From Escherichia phage AnYang: 64,000 nt of DNA. The notes beneath the pieces are model-generated. The model was given only the letters and a program-made list of their open reading frames with translations. It did no database searches and had not been told where the DNA came from. A program made the position numbers and the translations under genes. The DNA is taken from sequence record MK234886, one strand, 5' to 3'. The first letter of the stretch is position 1; the number at the start of each line of letters is the position of its first letter. Positions 20,744 to 31,298 of this stretch are shown in pieces.

Positions 20744-23700
20744 ATGGCTGATATTTTAAAACCTGCATTCCGTGCTACATCCGGACTCGATGCTGCGGGC
20801 GAGAAAGTTATCAATGTTGCCAAAGCCGATTACAATGTATTAGATGATGGCGTCAACGTTGAATTCTTTATAGATGAGAACACCATCCAGGCGTACGACG
20901 AGACGCGCGGATATAAGAAAGGGTTTGCAGTAATCCATGACCAACGTATCTGGGTTTCTCAACGTGATATCGATGCTCCTGCAGGAACTTTTACTCCGGG
21001 CTATTGGACCGCTACCCGTACCGACCCTAAATGGATTACCGTAGCATCTCCTACACGCCAGCTGGCTTCCGGTGAATATATTGCGGTGGATTCCGCTGCT
21101 AGCTTTACTACATTTACCCTGCCTCCGAACCCTACTGATGGCGATACCGTTGTAATTAAAGATATTGGTGGACGTGTTGGTTATAACGAAATCAAGGTCC
21201 AATCTAGTTCTGCTCCTGGCGGCGGTAACCAGAAAATTGTTCGTTTTGGTAATCAGTTTACTGAGACCTTAATTACGAAGCCTTTTTCTTATAACATGAT
21301 TATCTTTGCTAACCGTCTTTGGCATTTCTGGGAAGCCGGTAATGAAGAACGTGGTATTCGGGTAGAACCGAACATGGCCCAGTTCCAATCACAAGCAGGT
21401 GATAACGTTCTTCGTCGTTATACTTCAGGTGCAGTAATTAAGTTTACCCTTCCTAAGTATGCGAACCAAGGCGATATGATTAAAACCGTTGATATTGATG
21501 GTTTAGGAAGTAAATTCCACTTAATCGTTGAAACGTTTGATGCTTCGTCTGCATTAGGTAAACCTGGTCAGCATAGCATGGAATTCCGTACCTCCGGTGA
21601 TGGATTCTTTGTTTATAACTCTACCGAAAAATTATGGTATGTTTGGGACGGCGACCGTCAAACTCGTTTACGTGTAATTCGTGACGATGTTGAGCTCTTG
21701 GCTAATGAAAGTGTTATTGTTTTTGGCCCTAATAATACAACGCCGCAGACGATTAATATCACATTACCCACAAGCGTAGCGCAGGGCGATACAATTAAAA
21801 TAGCGTTGAACTATCTTCGTAAAGCCCAGACAGTAAATATTAAGGCTGCTGTAGGAGACAAAATAGCTTCTTCGGTTCAATTGCTCCAGTTCCCTAAACG
21901 CTCTGAATATCCGCCGGATACTGAATGGGTTCTGAATGATGTGCTGACCTTCAATGGTAACTTGAGTTATACTCCTGTTATTGAGCTTAGCTATATTGAA
22001 GATTCTACTACAGATGCCAAATATTGGGTTGTGGCTCAGAACGTTCCTACTGTAGAACGTGTGGATTCTAAGGATGATTTAACCCGTGCTCGTCTTGGTG
22101 TTATTGCTCTAGCGTCACAGACCCAAGCAAACGTAGACCATGAAAATAATCCTGAAAAAGAACTGGCTATCACTCCACAGACTTTAGCCAATCGTGTAGC
22201 GACTGAATCACGTCGTGGTATTGCTCGTATTGCTACAACTGCTCAGGTAAACCAGAATACTGGATTTGCATTCCAGGACGATTTGATTATTTCTCCTAAG
22301 AAATTAAACGAACGTACTGCTACCGAAACTCGTCGTGGTGTAGCTGAAATTGCTACGCAACAGGAAACTGATGCAGGTGTTGATGATACAACCATTATCA
22401 CTCCTAAGAAGCTACAGACGCGCCAGGGAACTGAAACCCTGTCCGGTATAGTAAAATACGTATCCACCACAGGAACCACTCCTGCGACTTCTAGAGCAAC
22501 TGTAGGTACTAACGTTTATAATAAGAACACAACTACTTTGGTTATTTCTCCTAAAGCTTTAGACCAATATAAAGCTAACTACGAGAACCAAGGCGCTGTA
22601 TATCTTGCAACTGCCCCGGAAGTTAATGCTGGTACTACTAATCCTGGATTCCAGAATGCTGTAGTTACTCCTGAAATGTTACACCAACGTGTGGCCCTTG
22701 ATAGTCGTACAGGTTTAATTGAAATTGCTACGCAAGCAGAAACTGATACTGGAACTGATTATACTCGTGCGGTAACGCCTAAGACGTTAAATGATAGAAA
22801 GGCTACAGAGACTTTAACGGGTATTGCTCGTATTGGTACTCAAGTAGAATTTGATGCAGGTGTATTAGATAATGTTATTTCAACTCCGTTGAAAGTTAAA
22901 ACAAGATTTAATGATACTGCTAGAACTTCTGTCTCAGCAGCCAGTGGTTTGATTGAATCAGGAACCTTATGGAACCATTATACACTAGATATCCGTGAAG
23001 CAAGTAATACTCAACGTGGTACGGCTCGTTTGGCTACCCAAACTGAAGTTAATACTGGTACTGATGACAAAACAATCATCACTCCACTTAAGCTTCAAGC
23101 TAAAAAGGCTACCGAAAACGCTGAAGGTATTATCCAACTCGCTACTCAGGCCGAAGTTATTGATGGTACGGTAAGTAATAAAGCGTTTAGTCCTAAGCAT
23201 TACAAATATATCGTCCAACAGGAAAAATCCTGGGAAGCTACTTCTGCTCGTAGAGGATATGTTAAATTAACCACAGGTACAGCCACTTGGGAAGGTGACG
23301 ATACTAATGGTTCTGTTGCTAACCTAGCTAAATTTGAAGATAACGGCTTTGCTATTTCCCCTCTTCAAATGAACACTGCTTTAACTCATTATCTTCCGAT
23401 TAAAGGTAAGGCTTTTGACAGTGATAAATTAGATGGATTTGATTCTACGCAGTTTATTCGTCGTGATATAGCACAAGATATTAATGCTAATATGACATTT
23501 AAACAGCCTGTAAGAATTGAAAACACTTTAGCGGTCACCGGTGCGGTTAATTTGAGTGGCTCTGTTATTTCAAATAATACTACATTAACCGGTTCTACTA
23601 CAGTCAATAGCAATTCTACTATGGGTGCTTTGAATTACATTGAGTTCACTTCAGAATCTCAAGGTGCGGGTACTTGGAACTCTCAACACAATAGTAATGT

Positions 23701-24622
23701 TAAAGCTCCTGTATTTTTAAATATAACTACAGGTCCAGGCTCTTCTAAATACGTTCCTATCGTAAAGCAACGGTATAAAACTGGGACATTTAGTTTTGGT
23801 ACTTTAATAAATGAGTCCGAAGCAAGTCCGGACGAAGGTTCATTTGTATTGCATTATATTGATGAAGCCCAGACACAAAGAAGATGGACCTTCCGTAGAG
23901 ACGGTTCCCTACTTTTATCAGCAGGTGACTTAACTCTATACAATGGTAATGCTACTATTAATGGCGGGTTAAGTGTAACTAAAGCATCCGGTATTACTAC
24001 TACGGGATTGGTTGCTTCCTCTTCATCAAGATTTGATGGCAGTGTTGCAATTAATAATACATTAACTGTTCGAGACCCTTTGACAGCTAATGGTGGTTTA
24101 ACGGTTAATTCAAGAATTCGTTCACAAGGTACTAAACCTGCCGACCTTTATTCCAGAAAACCTAATGCAGATAATACCGGTTTCTGGTCCGTTGACGTTA
24201 ATGATTCAGCTACATATAATCAGTTCCCAGGTTATTTTAAAATGGTTGAAAAAACTAACGAAGTAACAGGACTGCCGTATTTGGTTCGTGGTGAAGAAGT
24301 TAAATCGCCTGGTACGTTAACTCAGTTCGGTAACACTCTGAATTCGCTTTACCAAGATTGGATTACCTATCCAAATACTGCAGACGGAAGCACTACTCGT
24401 TGGACTCGTACTTGGCAGCAAAATAAAAATGCTTGGTCTGGATTTGTTCAGGTATTTGATGGCGGTAACCCACCACAACCGTCCGATATCGGTGCTTTGC
24501 CTTCTGACAACGCTTCAATGAGTAACTTGACCATTCGTGATTGGTTACGTATCGGTAACGTACGTATGGTTCCGGACCCGGTAACTCGTTCTGTTAAATT
24601 CGAATGGATTGATACACCATAA
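20744..24622 (+). CDS. 34: gp34 long tail fibre proximal subunit
   Basis: 1292 aa; N-terminus resembles T4 gp34; late promoter 20704..20711; internal repeat motifs. Confidence 0.9.
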   Translation: MADILKPAFRATSGLDAAGEKVINVAKADYNVLDDGVNVEFFIDENTIQAYDETRGYKKGFAVIHDQRIWVSQRDIDAPAGTFTPGYWTATRTDPKWITVASPTRQLASGEYIAVDSAASFTTFTLPPNPTDGDTVVIKDIGGRVGYNEIKVQSSSAPGGGNQKIVRFGNQFTETLITKPFSYNMIIFANRLWHFWEAGNEERGIRVEPNMAQFQSQAGDNVLRRYTSGAVIKFTLPKYANQGDMIKTVDIDGLGSKFHLIVETFDASSALGKPGQHSMEFRTSGDGFFVYNSTEKLWYVWDGDRQTRLRVIRDDVELLANESVIVFGPNNTTPQTINITLPTSVAQGDTIKIALNYLRKAQTVNIKAAVGDKIASSVQLLQFPKRSEYPPDTEWVLNDVLTFNGNLSYTPVIELSYIEDSTTDAKYWVVAQNVPTVERVDSKDDLTRARLGVIALASQTQANVDHENNPEKELAITPQTLANRVATESRRGIARIATTAQVNQNTGFAFQDDLIISPKKLNERTATETRRGVAEIATQQETDAGVDDTTIITPKKLQTRQGTETLSGIVKYVSTTGTTPATSRATVGTNVYNKNTTTLVISPKALDQYKANYENQGAVYLATAPEVNAGTTNPGFQNAVVTPEMLHQRVALDSRTGLIEIATQAETDTGTDYTRAVTPKTLNDRKATETLTGIARIGTQVEFDAGVLDNVISTPLKVKTRFNDTARTSVSAASGLIESGTLWNHYTLDIREASNTQRGTARLATQTEVNTGTDDKTIITPLKLQAKKATENAEGIIQLATQAEVIDGTVSNKAFSPKHYKYIVQQEKSWEATSARRGYVKLTTGTATWEGDDTNGSVANLAKFEDNGFAISPLQMNTALTHYLPIKGKAFDSDKLDGFDSTQFIRRDIAQDINANMTFKQPVRIENTLAVTGAVNLSGSVISNNTTLTGSTTVNSNSTMGALNYIEFTSESQGAGTWNSQHNSNVKAPVFLNITTGPGSSKYVPIVKQRYKTGTFSFGTLINESEASPDEGSFVLHYIDEAQTQRRWTFRRDGSLLLSAGDLTLYNGNATINGGLSVTKASGITTTGLVASSSSRFDGSVAINNTLTVRDPLTANGGLTVNSRIRSQGTKPADLYSRKPNADNTGFWSVDVNDSATYNQFPGYFKMVEKTNEVTGLPYLVRGEEVKSPGTLTQFGNTLNSLYQDWITYPNTADGSTTRWTRTWQQNKNAWSGFVQVFDGGNPPQPSDIGALPSDNASMSNLTIRDWLRIGNVRMVPDPVTRSVKFEWIDTP
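22190..23170 (+). repeat. tandem degenerate peptide repeats inside gp34
   Basis: Recurrent about 40-aa units: TESRRGIARIATTAQV, TETRRGVAEIATQQETD, LDSRTGLIEIATQAETD, TETLTGIARIGTQVEFD, NTQRGTARLATQTEVN, ENAEGIIQLATQAEV. Confidence 0.6.
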
Positions 24623-24630
24623 GAGGTAAT

Positions 24631-25755
24631 ATGGAAAGATTTATGGCTGAATTTGGACAAGATTATGTTCAAATTCCTGTACTATCTGAAAATAATGCCG
24701 TTAGTTATAAACTTAGTATAGCAGGGAGCTGTACTAAGTCCACTAAAAAGGCTTATATCAAATTTCAAGATGAGGACTTCGGTCCTCAGAATTTCCAATC
24801 TGGCCTAAATTTGGTTGAAATAGACCCGACAAATAACACAATAGTAACTACAAAATCATACGCATTTACCAAAGACCATGATGTTATTTCCCAAGCGTTT
24901 ATAACTTATATTTCGTCTATACCTGCCGGTAGAATTGTTTGCTTTATTTCTTCCGGTAAATTAAACGCCTCACAGATATTAATTGATTGGTTTAGAGCTT
25001 CCGGTTCTGCAGCGTTTCCAGATAAATGGCTTATTGATAAAGTGGATACTTCTTATTCAGCTTTTTATGTTTCAGGAAGAAATGCTATTGTAATGGAACA
25101 TGTGCTTTATAACGATGGCGTTTTGGTAGAAGACGTTTCCACCCCATTAGAAGTCGTTTATGACAACTTTAATGATGTAGGAGGAACTGGGTTCCCTGTT
25201 AGAGTCGTTGAAGATGAAAACACTTACTATAGTGGAGCTACTCAAGAAATTAAAAGGTTTCCTACCGAATCCACTATAACTCCTTGTGCCGGTTATAATA
25301 TGGTTCCTGGAGATTTCTTTTATCTTAAATTCCAAATGACCTATGACCAGGCTTTAAAAGATTTAGGGACGACCCAGATGTCCATACGTTTTTTTAATGG
25401 TCAGGAAATGCTTCAATCCACTGATATCAATATTCCTGTAGGAGCGGGCTCTCCACCTGCAGGCGCATGGATGTCTTTTGAGCGCGTAATAGAAGTTCCG
25501 CCGAATGCTAATGGTTTTACATTATATTGTAGAAAAACTGTCTCAGGCGGAGTAGGAGGTGTTAGGAATGTTATGTTTGGTGAAATAGCTAGACCTGAAG
25601 ATACACCTAAATCCGCTGAAATTGGTGTTAATGGTATTCGTATGAGCTATGGTACCGAAACCCGTTCAATGGGTAATGTTATTGCACAATTGAATGATAA
25701 ATCATCTGGTAATGCAGGTAAAGTATTTGTTCAAGAATTTAAAGAAAAATATTAA
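24631..25755 (+). CDS. 35: gp35 long tail fibre hinge protein
   Basis: 374 aa, coupled to gene 34; synteny and size. Confidence 0.8.
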   Translation: MERFMAEFGQDYVQIPVLSENNAVSYKLSIAGSCTKSTKKAYIKFQDEDFGPQNFQSGLNLVEIDPTNNTIVTTKSYAFTKDHDVISQAFITYISSIPAGRIVCFISSGKLNASQILIDWFRASGSAAFPDKWLIDKVDTSYSAFYVSGRNAIVMEHVLYNDGVLVEDVSTPLEVVYDNFNDVGGTGFPVRVVEDENTYYSGATQEIKRFPTESTITPCAGYNMVPGDFFYLKFQMTYDQALKDLGTTQMSIRFFNGQEMLQSTDINIPVGAGSPPAGAWMSFERVIEVPPNANGFTLYCRKTVSGGVGGVRNVMFGEIARPEDTPKSAEIGVNGIRMSYGTETRSMGNVIAQLNDKSSGNAGKVFVQEFKEKY

Positions 25756-25777
25756 GGGACCTTACGGTCCCTTTTTG
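25756..25777 (+). terminator. intrinsic terminator downstream of gene 35
   Basis: GGGACC-TTAC-GGTCCC hairpin followed by TTTTTG. Confidence 0.7.
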
Positions 25778-25778
25778 C

Positions 25779-25786
25779 TATAAATA
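25779..25786 (+). promoter_or_regulatory. T4 late promoter (genes 36-38)
   Basis: Exact TATAAATA about 26 nt upstream of the gene 36 ATG, just after the gene 35 terminator. Confidence 0.7.
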
Positions 25787-25811
25787 CGTTATCTAATAAA
25801 GAGGAATAACT

Positions 25812-26459
25812 ATGGCTGATTTAAAATTAGGCTCAACTGCTGGAGGTTCCGTTATATGGCACCAAGGTAACTTTCCGTTGACGCCGGTATCAAATGATAT
25901 TTTATATAAGACCTACAAAATCTATACCGAATTTAATAAGCCTCAAGCCGCAGATAACGACTTTGTTTCTAAAGCAGCAGGTGGTTCTTACAAAGGGACT
26001 GTTAACTTTGAAAAGGGATTAATGTTTAATGATTCCACTGGTTATGGAATCAAACTTGGTGCAAGAAATGGCGGACAACCTTTTACTGCTTCATTTAAGA
26101 TTAAAGGGCCTTTTGGCTTTGAAACTGAAACAGGAACCCCGTTTGTAATCTTTGACCCAACCACTACGGTAGGAGCTAACCGACTTACTGTAATGGGTGA
26201 TATCCTAGGTCGTCAAATTAAAGACGAATCTGGAAGAGTATTTTCTCCAGGGAATACTCCTACTAAGGCCCAGGTGGGTTTAAGCGATGTAGATAACGCA
26301 AAACAGGTCCAAATAAATAATAGTAACATACAATCCATGGCTGGTGTTCTTTCAGCCCCGAATTTCATATCTAGGAACCCAGGAACATTGAACGAACACG
26401 TTCCTCGTATTGACCAGGTTGTTCTTAGAGGTACATCTGAAGATTTTGGATATTATTAA
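25812..26459 (+). CDS. 36: gp36 long tail fibre distal connector
   Basis: 215 aa; late promoter 25779..25786; synteny and size. Confidence 0.8.
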   Translation: MADLKLGSTAGGSVIWHQGNFPLTPVSNDILYKTYKIYTEFNKPQAADNDFVSKAAGGSYKGTVNFEKGLMFNDSTGYGIKLGARNGGQPFTASFKIKGPFGFETETGTPFVIFDPTTTVGANRLTVMGDILGRQIKDESGRVFSPGNTPTKAQVGLSDVDNAKQVQINNSNIQSMAGVLSAPNFISRNPGTLNEHVPRIDQVVLRGTSEDFGYY

Positions 26460-26467
26460 GAGGCATT

Positions 26468-29400
26468 ATGGCTACTTTAAAATCGATACAATTTAAAAGA
26501 AGTAAAATAGCAGGAGCCAAGCCTACTGCAGCTCAGTTAGATGAAGGCGAACTGGCTATTAACTTGCGTGACCGCACTATTTTTACCAAGTCAGACCAGG
26601 GACAGATTATTGATTTAGGTTTTGCGAAGGGTGGAACTATTGATGGGGATGTTCTTCAAAACGGGACATTTAACCTTAACGGTAACCAATTTGTTTATGC
26701 CGGTAAATATATTGAATTTTTACCTAAGACTGCCGGTAACGGTGCCTGGGCTAACCAACATCTGAATAAAGCCCCTATCTTTACAGATTTGAGTTCAACT
26801 ACTTCAACTTCTGAATACCACCCTTTGATTAAGCAACGTTATAAAGACGGCACTTTTTCAGCAGGTACATTAGTAAGCGAAGGCAGTTTTAAATTCCATT
26901 ATATCAATGAAACGGGTGATTCAAAATATTGGACGTTTAATCGTAATGGTAGTTTTATTGTAGATAATGGCAATATTGAGGTCCGCGCAGGTAATATTAA
27001 CTCGGCCAATGGTGTTATCACTGGTCCTGAAATTGTTACTAAAAATATTAATTTCAGTACAAAACCCTTTGTAGCTAATGCCAACATCGGCTATGACTGG
27101 GTTTCTTTGCCCACCTGGGTTTATAACCCACCAGCTGATGGTTCTGATGATACTACTAACGGTTTAAACTATTTGCGTAAATTACGCGCATCAAGTGCAT
27201 CAAGTATTTTCCATGAAATTGCTGATTGTCGCAAAGGTAAGCCACAAGAAATTTCTTGGTGGACTGGTGTCGGTCCTTCGTCTTTCCAATGGGCTTTTGA
27301 TAACTCTGGACGTATTACTGCAGGTAAATCTATTTCTGTCGGTCTTCCTGATAATGGTGCAAATGGACGTTATCCACTTGAGTCTGCAATTTCTATTGGT
27401 ATTGCAATTGGTGATAACGATACTGGTATTAAATGGGTCCGTGACGGTGTTTATGACCTGATGGCTAATGGTATTTCATCTGCTACCATTTTGAATAACG
27501 GTATTAATAGCACTAAGAAATTGATGGTTGGTTATAGCCGTGATTCGGGTACTACATGGGATTTCCCAAATACCAACCAGGCTATGTTCACTGCACGTAC
27601 TGATGTTGATGGCAATAATAACGGTGATGGTCAGACTCATATCGGTTATAGCAGCAATGCCAAGATGTATCACTATTTCCGTGGCACGGGTCGTATGTCT
27701 GTTAGCATGGGTGATGGACTTCTTGTTGAGCCAGGTATTTTAGATATTAAAACCGGTACTAATACGTTATCTTTCCGCGCCGATGGTACCGTAGCTTCAA
27801 CACAAAGAACAAAATTTGATAATGGCCTAATGCTTAACTCTAATACCAGAAATGACGGTATTACATTTACTGCTGCTTCATCCATTGACGGCACTAAACA
27901 GATTTTATGGGAAGGCGGTACTCGAGCAGGTCAGAATAAGAGTTATGTAACTGTTAAAGCATGGGGTAATTCATTTAACGCCACTGGCGATAAATATCGT
28001 GAAACTGTATTTGAAGTTAGTGACGGGCAAGGATACCATTTTTATTCTCAACGGGGCGCGCCTACAAATGATGAAACTGTTGGCCCTGTATTAATGCAAA
28101 TTGCAGGTTCTTTAAATGCAAGAGGAACATTAAACACTGATAGCAATCTTTATGTGAAAGGATTAAGTACACATGAAGGTACCGTAACCATGAATAACGG
28201 CCTTCGCTTAACAGGCGGCGCTAATATAAGTGGCCAAGTTAAAATTGGCGGTGTTAATGATGCATTGAGAATTTGGAACGACCGATATGGTGCCGTTTTC
28301 CGTCGCTCAGAAACATCATTACATATTATCCCAACCAATGAAAATGAAGGGGAAAACGGTCCGATAAGCAACCTTCGTCCGTTTAGTATTGAATTAGGTA
28401 CCGGTGCCATTAATATAGGCCATTCTTTAATGATAGGCAACTCGGCACGCGCCGATGGCCTGTTGAATATTGATACCAAAGCATTCTTGATTACAATTAA
28501 CAGTCATTCGAAAATTAACCCTAACTATCGTATGGACCTGGAAAACGGTGCTTATATAAATGCTTTGATGGATTCAAATGGTCGTTCAGCTGGTGCAGGT
28601 TCATTTGCTTCCCAGAATAACGAAAACGTCCGCGCGCCATTTTATATGAATATCGACCGTGATGATACCAGCACTTATGTTCCTATGATAAAACAACGTT
28701 ATGTTCAGGGCAATGGTTGTTTTTCGATAGGTACTTTGCTTAATAACGGTAATTTCCGTGTTCATTACCATGCAGGCGGCGATGGTGGTTCTACCGGTGC
28801 TCAGATTGCTGATTACGGTTGGGAATTCACTAAATCCGGTGATTTTGTATCCCCTAAACGCGTTTCTGCTGGTGGTACAGTTTATCTTGGCACCGATGGT
28901 AATATTACGGGTGGTTCATTACCTAACTTTGCTAACTTGAACTTGACATTAGACCGTAAAGTCAATACCCGAATGGTTTCTTATTCAGGTACTGGCGGTT
29001 GGTATAAATTAGCCACTGTAACAATGCCACAATCCACTTCAACCGTCACATTCGAAATTGCTGGTGGAAATGGTTATAATATTAACACTCCACACCAATG
29101 CGTTACTTCGAAAATTGTTTTAAGAACTTCGAATAACAATCCGAAAGGTGTTAACGCGGTTGTTTGGTCGATGGATGTTGCTCAAGGTATTAAAAATGTC
29201 GCAACTGTTAATACATCAGGTGATGTTTATGACATTTATGTAAATGTAGGTACATATGCTCAGGCTCTAGCAGTTTCTTATTATGCTACTCCTAATGCAA
29301 CCATCAACCAGATATTTGCTTCAGATTCATCCGGCGCAACAGAAACTGCAGTTGAACTTCCAGCCGAGGCTATCCAAGGGGTGGTTGCTAGTGTTCTGAA

Positions 29401-30439
29401 TAACTTGGCTCCTACCCCGACCGGCGTGAAGCGTTATGAAGCTGATTCCGAAATAGCTATTAACAACCAAACCGGTATTCGTATCAGAAGTAACTACGAT
29501 AAAGCGGGTTCTAATGCTTTAATGATGCGAAATGATGGTGGAAGTTTTTATATTCTTATAACTGATAAAAACGCAACCGATGGCGCTGCAACAGTTAACG
29601 GTGATTGGAACTCATTGCGTCCTTTTACAATAAGCATGACTACCGGTGAAGTATCAATGAATAATGGTACAATTCATCGTGGTTCCTCTTTGTTCTACAA
29701 TGGCATAAACGTCAAAGATAACGGTTCGATTAACTTTGATAAATCAGGCGCAAACCCGAGAAACATGCGTATATTCCATGCTGGTGATGGCACACGCGGA
29801 AACCGTATTGAAATTGCTGATGACTCAAGCTATATTGTTTATTTCGAAAAAACTCCGGCCGGAGCAAACCGTTCTTCATATAATAGCTGCGAAGTTAACG
29901 GTATAACTACCCTTAGCGTCGGAACTAAGATTAACACCCCACAAATTGGAGCATTTGGTGTCAATACAACAAATGGATGGGGTGGTAACTCCATTGCAAT
30001 TGGTGATAGCGATACAGGTTTCAGACAAGTTGGTGATGGTCTTTTAGAAGCTTGGGCTAACAACGTTAAAGTTGTACGTTTTACTTCTAGTGAAGTATAC
30101 TCCGAGAAAAACGTCAATGCTCCTAACGTTTATATTCGTTCTGATATCAGATTGAAATCAAACTTCAAGCCTATTGAAAATGCTCTTGAAAAGGTTGAAC
30201 AGCTCGACGGTTTAATCTATGATAAAGCAGAGTATATTGGCGGTGAAGCGGTTCAAACTGAAGCAGGTGTTATTGCTCAGAAACTTAAAGAAGTATTACC
30301 TGAAGCAGTGCATGAATCTTTAGATTCGCAGGAAAATATGGTTCTGACAGTTTCGACTCAGGCACAAGTTGCTCTGTTAATTGAAGCAGTTAAAACCCTG
30401 TCGGCTAAAGTTAGAGAACTTGAAGCTAAATTAAATTAA
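26468..30439 (+). CDS. 37: gp37 long tail fibre distal subunit with C-terminal intramolecular-chaperone-like domain
   Basis: 1323 aa; last about 99 aa (SDIRLKSNFKPIENALEKV...) resemble peptidase S74 / endosialidase-chaperone domains. Confidence 0.85.
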   Translation: MATLKSIQFKRSKIAGAKPTAAQLDEGELAINLRDRTIFTKSDQGQIIDLGFAKGGTIDGDVLQNGTFNLNGNQFVYAGKYIEFLPKTAGNGAWANQHLNKAPIFTDLSSTTSTSEYHPLIKQRYKDGTFSAGTLVSEGSFKFHYINETGDSKYWTFNRNGSFIVDNGNIEVRAGNINSANGVITGPEIVTKNINFSTKPFVANANIGYDWVSLPTWVYNPPADGSDDTTNGLNYLRKLRASSASSIFHEIADCRKGKPQEISWWTGVGPSSFQWAFDNSGRITAGKSISVGLPDNGANGRYPLESAISIGIAIGDNDTGIKWVRDGVYDLMANGISSATILNNGINSTKKLMVGYSRDSGTTWDFPNTNQAMFTARTDVDGNNNGDGQTHIGYSSNAKMYHYFRGTGRMSVSMGDGLLVEPGILDIKTGTNTLSFRADGTVASTQRTKFDNGLMLNSNTRNDGITFTAASSIDGTKQILWEGGTRAGQNKSYVTVKAWGNSFNATGDKYRETVFEVSDGQGYHFYSQRGAPTNDETVGPVLMQIAGSLNARGTLNTDSNLYVKGLSTHEGTVTMNNGLRLTGGANISGQVKIGGVNDALRIWNDRYGAVFRRSETSLHIIPTNENEGENGPISNLRPFSIELGTGAINIGHSLMIGNSARADGLLNIDTKAFLITINSHSKINPNYRMDLENGAYINALMDSNGRSAGAGSFASQNNENVRAPFYMNIDRDDTSTYVPMIKQRYVQGNGCFSIGTLLNNGNFRVHYHAGGDGGSTGAQIADYGWEFTKSGDFVSPKRVSAGGTVYLGTDGNITGGSLPNFANLNLTLDRKVNTRMVSYSGTGGWYKLATVTMPQSTSTVTFEIAGGNGYNINTPHQCVTSKIVLRTSNNNPKGVNAVVWSMDVAQGIKNVATVNTSGDVYDIYVNVGTYAQALAVSYYATPNATINQIFASDSSGATETAVELPAEAIQGVVASVLNNLAPTPTGVKRYEADSEIAINNQTGIRIRSNYDKAGSNALMMRNDGGSFYILITDKNATDGAATVNGDWNSLRPFTISMTTGEVSMNNGTIHRGSSLFYNGINVKDNGSINFDKSGANPRNMRIFHAGDGTRGNRIEIADDSSYIVYFEKTPAGANRSSYNSCEVNGITTLSVGTKINTPQIGAFGVNTTNGWGGNSIAIGDSDTGFRQVGDGLLEAWANNVKVVRFTSSEVYSEKNVNAPNVYIRSDIRLKSNFKPIENALEKVEQLDGLIYDKAEYIGGEAVQTEAGVIAQKLKEVLPEAVHESLDSQENMVLTVSTQAQVALLIEAVKTLSAKVRELEAKLN

Positions 30440-30444
30440 GAAAA

Positions 30445-30470
30445 GGGCCTTCGGCCCTCTAAGGATTTTT
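30445..30470 (+). terminator. hairpin / weak terminator downstream of gene 37
   Basis: GGGCC-TTCG-GCCC hairpin; the T-run is displaced by about 8 nt. Confidence 0.35.
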
Positions 30471-30472
30471 TA

Positions 30473-31261
30473 ATGGCAATTGTAGGAATACCTGGTTGGA
30501 TTGGTGAATCTGCAGTGAATGAAACTGGACAACGCTGGATGGATGCTGCTATGCGTGATGTGCGAGTTGCAGTACCGGGTTGGATGGGTTCGATGGCTAA
30601 CCAATCAAAAGAAATTTACTTATCTATAGGGGCTAATAACTCTTATGACAGAAATACGCTAATTAATTGGATGAGAGCCCAAGGCGGTGCGCCTGTGGTT
30701 ATTACTATAACCGGGAATATAGTATCAAATAGCCGTGGAAACCCGTGTCTGGAATTCCCTAGCAACTTACCTAATGCTTATATACAACTTAATATTAATA
30801 GTGGTGTAACCGTTTATGGTCGAGGAGGTAATGGTTCTACTAATGGTACTGCAGGCCAAGCAGGCGGTACAGCAATCCATAACGCCGCTGGAACCAAATT
30901 GCGTATTCGAAACAATGGTGCTATCGCTGGCGGTGGCGGCGGTGGCGGTGCTGTATCGTTACAGAACAGCTATCCGACTAACGGTACCTGTGGCGGCGGT
31001 GGTGGTAGACCATTCGGCGTCGGTGGGAAAATAGGGTCTGATGCCATATTGTCCGGTGCAAACGCATCTCTAACTGCCGCTGGCTCAGGTGGTACCACGG
31101 TCCAATACGGTGCAGGTAACGGCGGTAATGTTGGTGCTGGCGGTGGACGAGGATGGGGCAAAAACGTTTATACCTCTGCAGGCGGTTCAGCTGGTGCAGC
31201 CGTTACAGGCAATGCTCCTTCTTGGCAGAACGTAGGAACCATCTACGGAAGCCGTGTGTAA
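30473..31261 (+). CDS. 38: gp38 receptor-recognising adhesin, T2-type with glycine-rich motifs
   Basis: 262 aa; MAIVGIPGWIGESAVNETGQRW N-terminus and GGGGGG tracts match remembered T2-type gp38. Confidence 0.85.
   Translation: MAIVGIPGWIGESAVNETGQRWMDAAMRDVRVAVPGWMGSMANQSKEIYLSIGANNSYDRNTLINWMRAQGGAPVVITITGNIVSNSRGNPCLEFPSNLPNAYIQLNINSGVTVYGRGGNGSTNGTAGQAGGTAIHNAAGTKLRIRNNGAIAGGGGGGGAVSLQNSYPTNGTCGGGGGRPFGVGGKIGSDAILSGANASLTAAGSGGTTVQYGAGNGGNVGAGGGRGWGKNVYTSAGGSAGAAVTGNAPSWQNVGTIYGSRV
30890..31150 (+). repeat. glycine-rich motif repeats in gp38 (GGC/GGT codon tracts)
   Basis: Runs GGGGGGG and GGGGG with short variable segments between them. Confidence 0.6.
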
Positions 31262-31272
31262 TACTTCTGTAT

Positions 31273-31280
31273 TATAAATA
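31273..31280 (+). promoter_or_regulatory. T4 late promoter (holin t)
   Basis: Exact TATAAATA 19 nt upstream of the t ATG. Confidence 0.7.
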
Positions 31281-31298
31281 TCTTTAAAGGAGAAAAGT

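Noticed and set aside
30816-31161. ORFs on both strands inside gp38
   Set aside because: Artefacts of the GGC/GGT-rich glycine-codon tract, which lacks stop codons in several frames.
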